64,000 bases of DNA from contig RSEE01000015.1 in the NCBI GenBank assembly GCA_003971905.1, positions 620,001-684,000 of the forward strand, read 5' to 3'. The translations under genes were made by a program, and so were the position numbers. Every line of letters begins with the position of its first letter. The first letter of the stretch is position 1. A model generated the notes under the pieces. It was given only the letters and a program-made list of their open reading frames with translations, was not told the DNA's origin and did no database searches. Positions 1 through 12,399 of the stretch are shown here, piece by piece. This stretch comes from Moniliella sp. 'wahieum' (taxonomy: Eukaryota).

Positions 1-664
1 ACCCTCTCTTGTCTCGTGCTTGGTGGCTCCACCACCGAACATCGGCCATCGGTAGCCGGTCGGCAGTACCTCGTAACGCGTAACGCGAGCAACGGCGGCA
101 CCCAGAGGGCAACTTATTGTGCCATCGACCATCCGCACCTCCACAGCCGCCCAGCCACAAAAGCTGAGCGTCTCAGAATCCAAAATCTCGTGACCGAACT
201 TTTCTGGTCCTGAGGGTTAGCAGGATCCAGACAGCATTCGTACATTCTTGGTGCCCTCAGTATACTCAGTACCCGGTACTGAGTACCGTCATTGCGTTAG
301 CGCCTCAGTATCCTCAGGCTCTAATAATCCAGTCGCTAGTCTCGGGGCGGCGCCTTCTCGGGCCAACCACTGGTGCCGATCGACATTACCATCAGAATAT
401 CGAATCCGATCACCCATTATCGATCAACTGTTCATCGATCATGCACCACATCAGATCGCACCCTGTCCTGCATTGCGAAGTGCAATGCTTCAACTAGCTT
501 GGGCCGATTTACTCCACTTGTGCTTCTCATCAAGTCCACTTGCGCCTTGATCGATGATCTTTGGTGGCCATCCCGCATGCTCACTACGACCAAGCCCTGG
601 CCTCTCGCACCAATGCTCAAACATCCTCTATGTGCATGTCCGGTAACAAGAAATATATCATCGT

Positions 665-2583
665 TTAGGACGAACGCGGGGGCGACGCTGGTTGCGGTGG
701 GACAGGTTCATCACGCTCATCCCTTGCGGGATGGAGGGAGGGAGCGACCGGGACGGGCGCCACGGCGGTACCTGTGGCCGAGGGAGCTGGGGAATCGAAC
801 CCATTAGATTCGGGATTTGGCTTGCTGTCGTTCGGAGGTGGCGAGATCTCGGGGCGAGCAGGGGCGGGGCCAACGCCAGGTTCAAGAACCAAGGGGGGCG
901 TGGCTGAGGGAGCGTCGTGGGGGGTTTGGGGCGTGGCGCCCTGCACCGGCTGCACCTGCGTATCCGTCTGGTGCAGCGCGGCAGGCGCCTCCGCCGCCCG
1001 AGTAGCCGTAAGGCCTGCAATCGCGGTTTGCAGGTGCCCCAACACGTACTGATGCTGGGGTGAACACGTTCCTTCGGGTTGTTCCCGTACAAACCGGAGC
1101 AGCGTGCACACGGCCAAGTCGGCATCATGCAGCGAGATGGGCCCCTGGGGAGGCGGAGTGGAACGCCAGGGTGGTACGTTAGCCCCGGGTGACATGTTGG
1201 GTCCTTGCCACAGGGGACTCGGGTCGTTCCAGGTAGGCGACTGGTGCTTGGCACCAGGCAGGAGCGGATGCGAGCCCGTTGGGCGCATGCTGCTCCAGGT
1301 TGCGTTCCGGTCTGCCTGCGACACACACCAGAGAAGGGTCCATGAGGCGGTTCCGTGCCCGAAAGTCGGAAAGCCACGCATCGGATGGTTCGAAAGGGAG
1401 GCCGGGGGAGCCACTGAGCACATGACTGCCTGACGCACTTGCCTCCCGTTCTGGTGGCTGGCTTGCCCGCAGGCTCATGTCAATCTCAGCGGCCTTGGCG
1501 CGGAGCATGTGGTTGTCCGGGAGCGGCGCTCCTTCCGATGCCAGCCGATGCACGTATGCCAGCAACTTGCTCTCCAGCTCGGGGCGGCGGATGGCGATCT
1601 TGAGCAAGGAAGGGCTCGTCGACCTTCATGGCCAAGTACCGGTCCTTGTGCTTCAGAATTTTGCTCACTGTACTCCGCTCCAACCGAAAGAGCGCAGCAA
1701 TGTCACCCTGTTTCATTCCCGGATTAGCCACCGCGTGCTGACAGATCCGTTGTCGATCCGTATCGTCGATCCAAGTCTTGGCGCGCTTTTTGCCCCGAGG
1801 CTTGTCAGTCTTGGACACTTGGCTCACGTCGGGACTCGATACGACCAGTTTGCTCATCGTCTCATCATACCCGTGCGGAGGGGTGGAAACGTTCGGGGGA
1901 GACTGGACATGGGCTGTGAGGTGCGGCGCACTCAAATCTAGGCCATAACCTGGGAGGGGCGCGTAGCTCGGCTGCGACGCGATTAGCATGGGGACACAGC
2001 GGGGAAAACCAAACGCGGGGGAAACCAAACAAACTACTTCATGGTCAGGTGAGGCGACGTTGGCTGGATGGGTAAGATGGGTGCCTGGGCCATCGGGAGC
2101 GAGCAGCGACGTGGGTGCAGCAATGCCCGCGTTTGGGTTTGCGACGCGTGCGAGTTCGTGCTCTGCCTCGAGCACCGATTCAGGCTTGGACTCTATACGA
2201 TGGCATGCCTCTTCTTGTGGCGCCGAGGGGGGTGGTGGGATAGGAAGGACCAGCGCTGGGGTGATGGATGTCGGTGCAGGGGCGGCGGGGGGTTCCGAAA
2301 CCGATACAGACGAGGCCCTAGGCTCTGGCACAGGCGAGGCGGGGGAGCGGGGGCGGTGGGGAGGGATGGTGTGCGGAGGGTGCCTCCGGTGGGGAGGCAG
2401 ACATGGGGGCGGGAGGGCGCTATGGTGGGCGGGAGTGCGTTGGGGCTGGGCACGCGCGACGGGTTGATGGTCGCGCTGAGGGGCCGCTGGGCTGCGGCCG
2501 TCGTCGCGTCGGGCGGCTGTGTGAAAAGAGCGCTGGGGTGTGGCCTGCTCCTTCGCTCGGCCGAGAGGATTTGGAAGCCACAT
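665..2583 (-). CDS. CENP-B/Tc5-like tandem HTH DNA-binding protein, no DDE domain seen (frameshifted)
   Basis: ORF 1486..2583 has a psq/CENP-B-N-like HTH (DRQRICQHAVANPGMKQGDIAALFRLERSTVSKILKHKD). ORF 1179..1607 continues with a CENP-B-type HTH (RPELESKLLAYV...LRAKAAEI...FEPSDAWLSDFRARN), followed by a P/S-rich tail in 665..1438. Start uncertain. Confidence 0.75.
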
Positions 2584-3091
2584 TGAAATCGGTGACTAGT
2601 GCCCGCGGGGACGCGTGACGCCTGACGTGTGACCGGTGACCACAGCACCATTGGATGGGGCTTTGTTCGTTTGAAACTAATCAGGTGGTTGGCTCTGGTA
2701 CTGGTGCTGTTTGTTTCCTCCCCTTCACAACGATTGCCTGGTGAAAAGGTATCACGACAGATTGTGGAGACACGATCGTACAGCTCTACGAGCTCTGTTA
2801 TTCTCAGTTCGATTCTGGGGGCAGTCACTTTTTTGGTGTCGTCGCATTGTGTTCGATTTTGACCGTCCCCCCTCTGCAAAGCCACCCCCCATGCAAAGCC
2901 ACCCCCTCCCCCTCTTCTCTCCATCACCACCCCATCTCAGTTCCATCTTCTGGCAGGGCACATAATGGGGGCATGCTACAGGGCGATGGAGTTGAATTCA
3001 TGTGATTGCGCCAAGAAGAGAGGGCTGTGAAGTGGCTGCGCACAGGGCAAAAAGGGGCGCAAGGAAACTGGAACACTGGCCGGCCAAAATC

Positions 3092-5363
3092 TTACTGGTA
3101 CGACGCTTGCAATTGCTGTGTGACGGCATCCAAATCCAGCTGGAGCGTGGTGGCAATGAACTGGGCAACCTCCGTATTGTCCATGTTGCCCTTGAGGTCC
3201 GCAACGGCCGGAGCGCCATGCGCATACACATTGATATCGACCCCCGTGTGGCCTTGCGTGGACCAACCCACCTCGACCCGCCGCGAGACGAGGTCGGCAA
3301 TGGCGCGGCGACAAGTATCATGTGTGTTGATTGGGGGCACCATCATGGCAGCTTGCGCCGACTCGGGTTCGAGCCAATCCAGACAGGCCATCACACCCGC
3401 CACCTCTTCATCCCGCACGGGCCCACCAGTCTTAGGACCAAATCCTGCTCCCCCCTGGCCAAGAATCTGGATCCGTACCCACTCTTCCAGCTTGGACTTG
3501 GAAACGGGCTGGTGCGATGCCGAGGCGGCTGTGACATGGGCCACCAGTTTGCGACTCAACGTGGCCGCGCTGGCCTTGGCGTGGATGAGGCGTTCAGGGT
3601 AGTAGGCGTAGTTGGGGTACGCTGGGGTCAGTTGCCGCCCGAGAGTCAGCCCCCCAGTCTCGTGGTCCGAGGTGGAGATGAGGATGGTCTCCTCCTCCTC
3701 ATTGTTGTGCGCATCGACCCAGGCCGAGACAGCAGCAATGGTGTCCTGGTACGCGGAAGCCTCGAACGCATGGCACGCCGGGTCATTCTCGTGTGCACAC
3801 AGGTCGATCTGAGAGCCTTCGATCATGAGCATAAACCCATTCTCGTTGGTTTGGTCGCCATGGAGAGCATGGATGGCGCCCATGCCCAACTCTTTGAGGG
3901 AAGGCCAGCGCGCGTGGGCTTCCTCCTCGGACCCCGGGTGGGTAGCGAGAAGCTGCAGACGGTCCACCTCGTACGGCGTGTTGTAAGGCGCCATCAATCC
4001 AAGGAACGGAATTGCAGTACCCGTCGCTCTTGGCCTTCAACACTTCTGGCACCCAAGTAGACCGGTCCCCCATCGGACCCGACACCTCATGCTCCATAAG
4101 AGCTGGTGTCAATTCGGCTGCACCGTGGGCGCCCGATCCAGTGGGCTGGGACCGGATCCCTTCGGCATCCAACCACGAGGCCGCGACGTTCCACTCCCCC
4201 AGACGAGCTTCGGAAAGCAGATCGACAGTGTCCTTGCGGCAGCTGAGGGGGTGGGTCGAAGGCAGGAAGGCGCACGCACCTCCGCCAATAGCCAAATCGA
4301 CGGTGCGAGGATACGTTGTAGTGCTGGTCCCCTGCGTCGTGCTAGGGCGGGTAGAGAGACCATTGAGACTGCCACGGACAATGTGTTCTGCAATCAGAGG
4401 CTCCATCGACCGATCATCCGCATGCGAGATAAAGCAGGCTGGCGTAGCGTCCGTCAGACGCGACGTGACCACTACGCCGGTCAAAAGCCCCTTTTGCAGC
4501 TTGGCCGCTTCGAACAGGGTGGCCACAGGACTGGACCCCCCGGCCAGACACATTGGCACCACACCAATCGCACCGTTGTAGCTCTTGACTGCCGAAGCAA
4601 ATGCGGTAGCTCCCGCGGCCGAGTCGGTCACCAGGCTGTCGGTGCTCATCGAACGGTGTTGACCAACGAGGAACTTGTCCAGCGGCAGCTGGGCCGGAGG
4701 AGGGTGCACCGGCGCACTTGCATCGGCACTCTTGGCCGACAAAGCCTGGGTAAACGCTCGAGTCAACGTTTCACTAGCGGGCCCAAACCCATCCGAGATC
4801 ATGAAGATCACGTTGGTCATCTTGGGTGCTTTGCCTTTATGGGTGGCCAGGGCAACCGCCTGCGCAGGGCTATGGGCGTCGTGCTGGTAGGCATGGCGCA
4901 TGCGACGGAGCGCCTGGCCTGGGCAAGGCACCGACGGGCGCATTATGGCCAGCGTTCCCGCCATGACAACAAAGGTCAACATCAAAACGAAACGCAACCC
5001 AGGCCGGCGTGGGGCGGGGGACGGGACGGGGGCAAGCCGAAGGGGTGGTTGGGGACGCTTTTCATCGAGCTTGGGGCGGGGGGCAATGACTGCGCCTCTT
5101 CCGAATCGGAGCCCTGTTCGTCCACCGACACTGCCACATACGGGTGGTCGAGCGGACTGATAGCGCCCGGGGGCGGGCGAAGACAAGGGAGGTGGGCGGC
5201 AGAGTAAGCAGGAGGCTGGGCTGTGTGGGCGCCAGTGCGCTGGCCCGCGGGAGCACCGGGTTGCTGGCGGGGCGGGGGGTGCCGCGTCGCGGCCGGTAGA
5301 ACGAGTGGGAGGGGCGGGGGTGGGGTCGGCGGAGCCCGCGGAGCGGCGGGGAGGAGCTGGCAT
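3092..5363 (-). CDS. PHO8: Vacuolar-type alkaline phosphatase (Pho8-like), N-terminal membrane anchor
   Basis: NVIFMISDGFG, VTDSAAGATA (catalytic Ser), TSRLTDATPA, MIEGSQIDLCAHEND, TSDHETGG and GHTGVD motifs across ORFs 3783..5561 and 3092..3997; hydrophobic FVLMLTFVVMAGTLAIM. Start approximate. Confidence 0.9.
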
Positions 5364-5784
5364 GGCGGTGGCGGCGGGAGGGACGGGTGGGATGGCGGTG
5401 TGGACGTACGAAAGGGGCTCAGGGGAGGCATGCAGGCGGGCGGGGCTGATTGAGTGAGGACTGATTAAGATTGGTGATTGCATGTTGAACCGAGTGTGGA
5501 GATAACCGGCGAGCCCTCTAAGATCTAACCGGTAACCCAGCTCTGCAACCGACTGGGGCACGTTGGCCGCCCCACGTGCGACGACGCTCCAATCGATGCG
5601 CTTCTCCGTCCTCTCGCCTTCTGTCCGCGCTCGTGGACGGGGGCACTCCTGCCTCAGGCCTGAGCCTCAGGCCTCACCTCGCCACCTATGCATGCTATGT
5701 CCAGACCAGCGACCGACGTGCCTTGCTTCCGCTCTCTCCAGCTCGGGAACAGGTTAAATAGAATGACGCACCCCCTCCCGCCGC

Positions 5785-8670
5785 CTACTCCTCCGTCTCG
5801 AGCGAGAAGACGCGGTCGGCATACACGTGCAGCACAAACGCTCCTGTCCACGGCGCAAACGTAGACAGCACCAGTCGATGCTCGCCGGCGGGGACAGGCG
5901 ACGAGGGCAGCCAAGCGCCCGCGAGCGAATCGGTGTAGGCGCCGCTGGTGGCAACGGCGGTGCCCAATGGCCTGCTGCGGAGTAAACAGGCTGACGTTGG
6001 CAAATGGCCGTGGGGCACCTGGCACGCCATACGCAACCAGGCGCGCCTGGAGATGCGCAGCGGTGGCCAAAACCACCCGGACCGAGGGGTTGCGTGCGTA
6101 CTGCCCTCGTGCATGGGACGGGGATCCAGCCGCATAGCCTCGTACCACCACAGCGTTCGGGCCGGCATCCACTTCGGCCGCTGCGGGCACAGCCACCGCC
6201 TCGTCTCTTGCCCACACGCCGTAGGCCGAGCGGGGAAACAGGGCTCCCCTCCGGTGGGAGGAAGCGCGTAGTGAGGGGCACGGTGGATTCAAGTTGGAGG
6301 CTAAACTCGGCTTCCACCCGGATCGTAGGTGGACACGACAAGCGTATACGTTCCCGGGGCGAGCGAGCGAGCGGAAAAGGAGACCAAGCCACTGTCGTAC
6401 GGACCCGTCGAGCCCACCACCACCACTTTGCTCTCCCCGTTGGCACCGAAAGAGTGGACACGCGCCCCCCCGTGGAGCGCACGAGGTGAGCGGCGACCAA
6501 GGCATCCGCCTGGGCACAGTGCAGCGCCACCCGCACATCGGCCTCGGACGTAACTCCAACGGACCATTGCGGGTTGTGCAAAAACGTGGGATGAAGGGAG
6601 CTCCCGCCGGCAGACCGAGCCTTCCATTGGCCTGACAGCACAACGTGATGAGGCAAGTCGAGTGACGGCACGGTCAACTCGGGGGCGCGGGGAGAGAATG
6701 GTCAAGCTGAACCGAGCTTCTGCCATCTCCTCCTTCTTGGACGGGACGCAGGACGCAGTGATGAGAATGTCCTGCCGCCCTCGGCGGGCGCAAGGGGGAT
6801 CTTGTGCATGCACTGGGGCGCATCCAGCCAGTACACCCGTTGACGCGTATCACGCGCCTGGACCAACCGCTCGTACGCCTCTCTGAGCCTTCCGCCGTTG
6901 TCTCGACCAGTTGAGCGAGATGTGGTTGGCATGAGCGGCGGTGGGGGTAGATGTCGTTCGAGCAACACCCATACCTCCCCTTCCTCGCCCGAGGGCGCGA
7001 GGGTAAGGACAAACTGTTTGCTCGTAGCAAATTCGCACCCGCCTTGGCCTGCACGCGGGGGGTCCACGAAACGTGAGCGGTGGTGTTGTGTGCCCAGAGA
7101 GCCGGGTTAAGGGTGAGAAAGACGGATCCCATGCGGGTACAGAACTCGGTCCAGCCCAAATCCATTGTCCGTGCCAGGTACTGCTCTTTGCCCGCCGACA
7201 GACCAAATCCCTCCAAGTGGGAAGCAAGCGCCTCGTCGGCATGGAGGCGATACAATTCTTTTCGTTGCGCCGACCAAGGATTGAGAAGCGTAATCCTCCG
7301 CTCCCCAGTCGAGGTAACATACATATCCACCACCGCATACGCATGCGAGGTAACCAGCAGCCCGCCCGACACGACAAACGCTTCTTCTGCCCAGCTCACC
7401 CCGCACGGCGTACCGGCGGTCAAAAGGCAACCAGGCTTGTTAAACGCCGCATAGATCCGCTGCCAGGCCCGTTCGGGACGAAACTTGCTCCGGTCCGCAA
7501 TGGAGACACCATGGGAGAGATCAATGTGCTCTGGCACCCATCCCGATAGGGCACGTAGGTCCACGCCTGGATCCGAGCCGTTGAAGCTGTATCCGCCCCC
7601 TGTCCTGCGAGGCAAAGGTACGCCTTCTCCATTAGCCGGGCCAGATTTGCTTCCCGTCGAGGGTGCGTGCACAGACCAATTCGCTTCTACTTGTGGCAAC
7701 TCGTCATCACGACGGCCAAGCGATCGATCCCGTTGAAAACAGTTGATGCGGTTAGACGTTGTCAGAGGCGGGAGAGGGCACCCCACGCTCTTGGGTAGAT
7801 CCGCTGGCGCACGAGCTGGCAAGGATACAATGAGGAGGGGGGGGGGGGGTTAGAGGCAACCCAACGAGACAAAGTAGCAGGGAGATACGTACGTTGGAGC
7901 CCCACCTGCAGTCGTGCAAGACCATGGCCTGCAAGGCCACCACAGTACTGCAATCGGCCACGCGGTCCTGCACCAGCGCATCGGCTGTCAGGCCCTTGTC
8001 CTCATACACCACCCTGCCTGGGAGAGCAGGAGGAAGTGGGCGTCGGCCGCCGTTTGTTCCTCCGACAGTGGAGGGCGGGGCAGCGGGGGTGGGGGCACGC
8101 GTACCGCCTCTGGGGACCAGGCGGGGAGCGCATGGCCCATGATCACGCCAGAAAGCCGAAGGACGCGATCTTGGCTTTCGGCACTTAACACGTCCTCTTG
8201 CGGCGCCTTGACGGCCGGACGGGCGGCTTTGATGCTCTCTCCGCGCTTGATGAGGAGGGAGAGATGGGTCTTGAGTTTTTGCTGGCTGGGGGCCGAGGCC
8301 GGCGGGGCAGAAGGGTAGTGCGCCACAAGCCACAGGTACCGCTGGCCCGCATCAAAGTAGGCCTGCAATGCCTGGTCCAGCTCGCCGGCAAGCTCGAGCT
8401 TGGTAGCCTGCGTGCCGCGCGCTTTGGCCTCCTGCAGCTTGGTGGACCAGGTGGTGAGTGCGCTGGACGAGGACGGGCAAGGCGAGCGGGGGGGCGAGGA
8501 GGAGGGGAGGGGAACGGGGATGCGGAGGCAGAGGCAGAGGCAGAGGCAGAGCCGGAGGCAGAGGCCGAGGCGGATGGGACGGCAGCTGGGGCGGACAGCG
8601 CAGAGGGCCCGGGCGAAGCGGAGCGGAGCGGCGCTGGTTCGGCCGCAGCGGCGAGAGGAGGCGCATGCTC
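5785..8670 (-). CDS. palB: Calpain-like cysteine protease PalB/Rim13 (MIT-like N-terminus, catalytic domain, calpain-III domains)
   Basis: LVQDRVADCSTVVAL (catalytic Cys), GYSFNGSDPGVDLRALSGWVPE, SHAYAVVD (His), LLNPW (Asn), WKARSAGG...FLHNPQW. Intron 7816..7892. Several frameshifts; start not resolved. Confidence 0.85.
8521..8570. repeat. (GGCAGA)n imperfect microsatellite
   Basis: gaggcagaggcagaggcagaggcagagccggaggcagaggccgaggc at the 5' end of the palB-like gene. Confidence 0.8.
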
Positions 8671-9112
8671 GCGGCGTGGGGCAGCCAGGCAGCGTCCTGC
8701 GGTTCGGTCTGCCTGGGGCTGCCAGTAGCCTCGGCCTGCGCCTGGGATTGCGGTTGGTTGTCTGTCGCGGCCATCGCCAACCCAGTAATCACCGAAGCCA
8801 CCCATCCACTGTATCTGATACGCCCAGGCGTGACTGCCCCGCTGACGCAACCCTAGTGCTGCGTTACCACTCATGTCTGGCCCCTCTATGTGCTCCGCAT
8901 GCTTCATCTATGTTCGTTCTGTCTGCACACCTACCTGCCTTCGCTCGCTGCGGATCCCCTGTAGCCTGCCACTCAACACACACACACACCAGGCAGAGGG
9001 AAAGTGACTGTCTTTGGTTCTGGTTCTGCTGCCACGCGCCCACGTAGGGCGGATGACACCGAGCAGTGCACGCCCGGGCGGCGCTTCAAGCTTCAAGCTT
9101 CTCAAGCTGGAG

Positions 9113-11243
9113 TTAGCGTAGCTCGACATAGTTGGACGGGAAGTAACCCTCGCTGCCCGTTCGTGGGTTGACGCCTTGCCACCACTCGTCCGACGGATAC
9201 TCAATCTGGATCAGCTCGTCGCCCTCGGCAAACGACAGCTCCGTCTCGTCGCCCGCTTCATAGTCGTACAGCGCCACTGCCGTTTGGCCTTGGTCGGTCG
9301 CTGCAGGGGCAGCGGCAGCCGGAGGGGGGCGGGGGCGGCGGTGGGGCGGCGCCAAATCTTCTTCCGGCTCGGCTGCCGGGGCTGGAGGAGGTGGCGGAGG
9401 AGGAGGAGGAGGAGGAGGAGGAGCGCTGCTTCCTCTTCCTCCATGGCCACTGGCGCAGGAGGGGGCGGCGGAGGAGGAGGAGGAGGGGCGCAGCTTCCTC
9501 TTCTTCCACCTCGGCCGAGGGCATAGGAGGTGGAGGCGGAGGCGGAGGGGGCGCTGCCTCTTCCTCCGGTTCCACTTGGACCGGCGCAGGCGGAGGAGGG
9601 GCGGCGGAGGCGCCGGAACTGCCTCTCCTGCCTCTTCACCTCCACATACGACGCCGGGAACAGACCCGTCGTTCCATCTGCGCCGTACCCGACCACCACC
9701 CTTCATCCGTCATGTCCAAGTTGGTTACCTTCATCCCCTCCTCCAGAGTCAGCTCTCCCTCTTCTTCTGCCGCATAGTCATACACCGCAATCGCCACGGG
9801 ACCTTCCCCGCCCAGGTTCGTGGCAGCCAGGGACGTGGTTACGGCGGCCACTTCGGGTTCGGGCTGAGACCCAACAGCAAAAGCAGGAGCGGCCGGCGGA
9901 GGCGGGGGCGGGGCTGGAGCTGCCTCCTCTTCCTGCGGGTGGTTGAACATGGCCCGTGCTGCGCCAAATCCAGCAGCTGCGCCAGCGCCAACCGCAGCAC
10001 CCGTAGCCACACCCCCAAACGACGGAGTAGGCTTGGGTGTGGACTCGAGCGAAGCGGCAGACTGGGCCTCCTCAGCTTCCCGAGCTTTGCGCGCCTGTTC
10101 CTGGCGCTGGGACCAGGTCAGCTTGCCAGTGTTGTGGGCGCGCGGGATAGGAGCCGGCTCGGGTTCAGCAGGCTGGTTGAAGGGGAAACGGTTCATAGCC
10201 AACTTGCCCGGCTTGAGCTTGACGGGCTCGTAGGTGGTACCCACTGGCTGAATTCGGTCGGCCTCCTCAGGCTCCTCAACCTTGGGCTTCGGCGCAGCCG
10301 GCGCAGGAGCAGGAGCAGGAGCAGGAGGAGTAGGGACAAGCAGGGAGCGGCACGGAGCGTGTCACGCTCGGCTTGGGTGAACCAAACGCCGGACCGCGCG
10401 ACCGGAGCAGGACCTCGGAACGCACCTGGTGCTGCGGTAGCTGCAGACGCGGTAGCGTTGGCCGCTCGAATGCCGAAGGCTTGGGTGCTGCAAACTCATC
10501 ATCGTCGTCGTGCGCAGGCGCTGTCTTGACGCCGCCGAATCCACCAGGGGCAGGGGCGCCGAACCGATGTGCCGGAGCAGGGGTGGGCTTGTTGGGCGGC
10601 GGCCGAGGCGCCGAGGTGCCGACTCATCCACGCGTCCCGAGGCCGCGCGCACGAATCTCGGCCAATTCGTTTTTCCTCTGCTGGTAGCGGTACCGGTAGG
10701 TGTGATGGGCTCGGGCTTGGCGTGGGCTTGGAGCGCCTTGATATCAGGGGTCCCGATCGGCTTGTACGCCGTACCAACGGCCGCAATGGGCGTCGGACGA
10801 GCATGGGCAGCGTCCCCGGCAACGGAATACTTGGCGCCCGACGAGTCAGTCACTTTCTTCATGATGGCTTTCGGGTCGACATCGTCATCGTCGCGAGCCT
10901 GAATGGTAACGTGAGCCGGGGTAAGGAAGCGAGCGACGGCCTGGGAGTGGGAGGGGAAGAGACCCTTTTTGGTCGTGGGCACGCCTTCGCCGCACCAATT
11001 GATGAGCACAAACTTGGGCAGCTGGGTGTTGGGGTCAATGACCCGGACATAGGCATACATGATCTTGCCGTCGCTGAACTCGTCGGCAACATCGGCAAGG
11101 GAGCCGCTGCCCTCGGCGTGGACGCGGAGGTCGTTGGAAAAGCCGCGCTCGTAGGAGAGGATGAGGTAGTCCTCGGATCCGTTGCGCACCGCCTCATAGG
11201 CGGTGCGGATCTGAGGGGAGGTCAGGTTGACCTGCAGCGACAT
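9113..11243 (-). CDS. ABP1: Actin-binding protein Abp1/drebrin-like (ADF-H + proline-rich + two SH3)
   Basis: MSLQVNLTS...DEFSDGKIMYAYVRVIDPNTQLPKFVLINWCGEGVP (ADF-H); SH3 motifs AIAVYDYAAEEEGELTLEEG...DEGWW and AVALYDYEAGDETELSF...EWWQG...GYFPSNYVEL; poly-Pro encoded by (GGA)n on the + strand. Confidence 0.9.
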
Positions 11244-12399
11244 GGTGGGGGGGGGGGCAGAGGCCGAGGCAGGCCGCCGAGAGCAGACGAAGCAGGCTGC
11301 TGGCAAGACTGCGGTGCGAGCGCAAGACAGCAGTGTCCCCTGCATGCGCAGCGCCCGCCTGGGCCAGCGGAGCACTGAGGCTGAGCTCAGCCTGCGCTGA
11401 GCTCGTGACCACGCACGCCAGCACGGCGCCCGTGTGACGTGGATGGCGGGCCGTGCACGCGGCGGAGACTGCAATTGAAATGCGGTTTAGATGTTTAACG
11501 TTTACCCCAGCCAGCGGAATCGAAGCAGGCTGAGCGGAATGAGCACTGGGGGCAGGCGGCACCGGCCTCCGCATCACCAGATGATTGAACTCTGAACTTT
11601 CTGAACGTTCAGCTTACGCGTTACGCTTGAATATTGTACCGCGGGCGCTGCGCCAGCACGCAGCGCGGTGGCACGCAGCACCGGCGCTGGTCAAGTTGGC
11701 GATGCAGATGGCGTGCCAGCGCCCCAGCCCAGCCCAGCTGGCACCTGCATCATGCATCATGCATCGCATCACATGTCACAGGCCCACCCGGCAGAGCACG
11801 GCTTCATGCAATCACCCTCGCCGTGACAGTCACCTCCTGCGGCAAGGTCTGTAGCTATAACATTTCACCTGCTGCACTGCCGTCTCGCCACTGTGATGCA
11901 TGCTGCACCATGTGACTAGTGACTAGGACCTACTCGGTACGCGCTAAGCTACAAGTCCTATTATGCTTAAGGCTCAGGCGCTCAGGCGCTCCGGCCTCCG
12001 GCGGAGACGTCACGCGTCACGTGTCACAGTCTCAGGCACCATGCATGAGATCATGAGACCGACGCTCAGGCAGAGCGCTCCGCTGATCTCAGCCTCAGGC
12101 TCAGCGCCTCAGCGCTGACTACGCTTACAGGCCAGCCGCCCCGTTCGGAGGCTCGAATTCAATGCGCTCAGGTACTCAGTACTAGTACTCTGTACTCCGT
12201 ACTCCGTCCTCGTAGTCCCTCCGGAGGACGATCGACGTTCGGCTCGCCTGGCCCAGTCCCCTTGGCTCCGCGTGGGCGCACCACTCTCCGCTCGGCCATC
12301 CCTGTGCTGCCCTGCCTCTCCTCACCCCCACCTCCACCTCCACCCCCCGCGCCGCTTTCTTTTCTCTCGCGCGCTGCGTCCAGCTCCGCCCGCTCCACC

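Noticed and set aside
3002..5207. Long plus-strand ORFs (352 aa, 372 aa) and similar antisense ORFs over PFK, eIF3c, CCT3 and MET6
   Set aside because: Shadow ORFs on the opposite strand of GC-rich genes, with no independent motifs.
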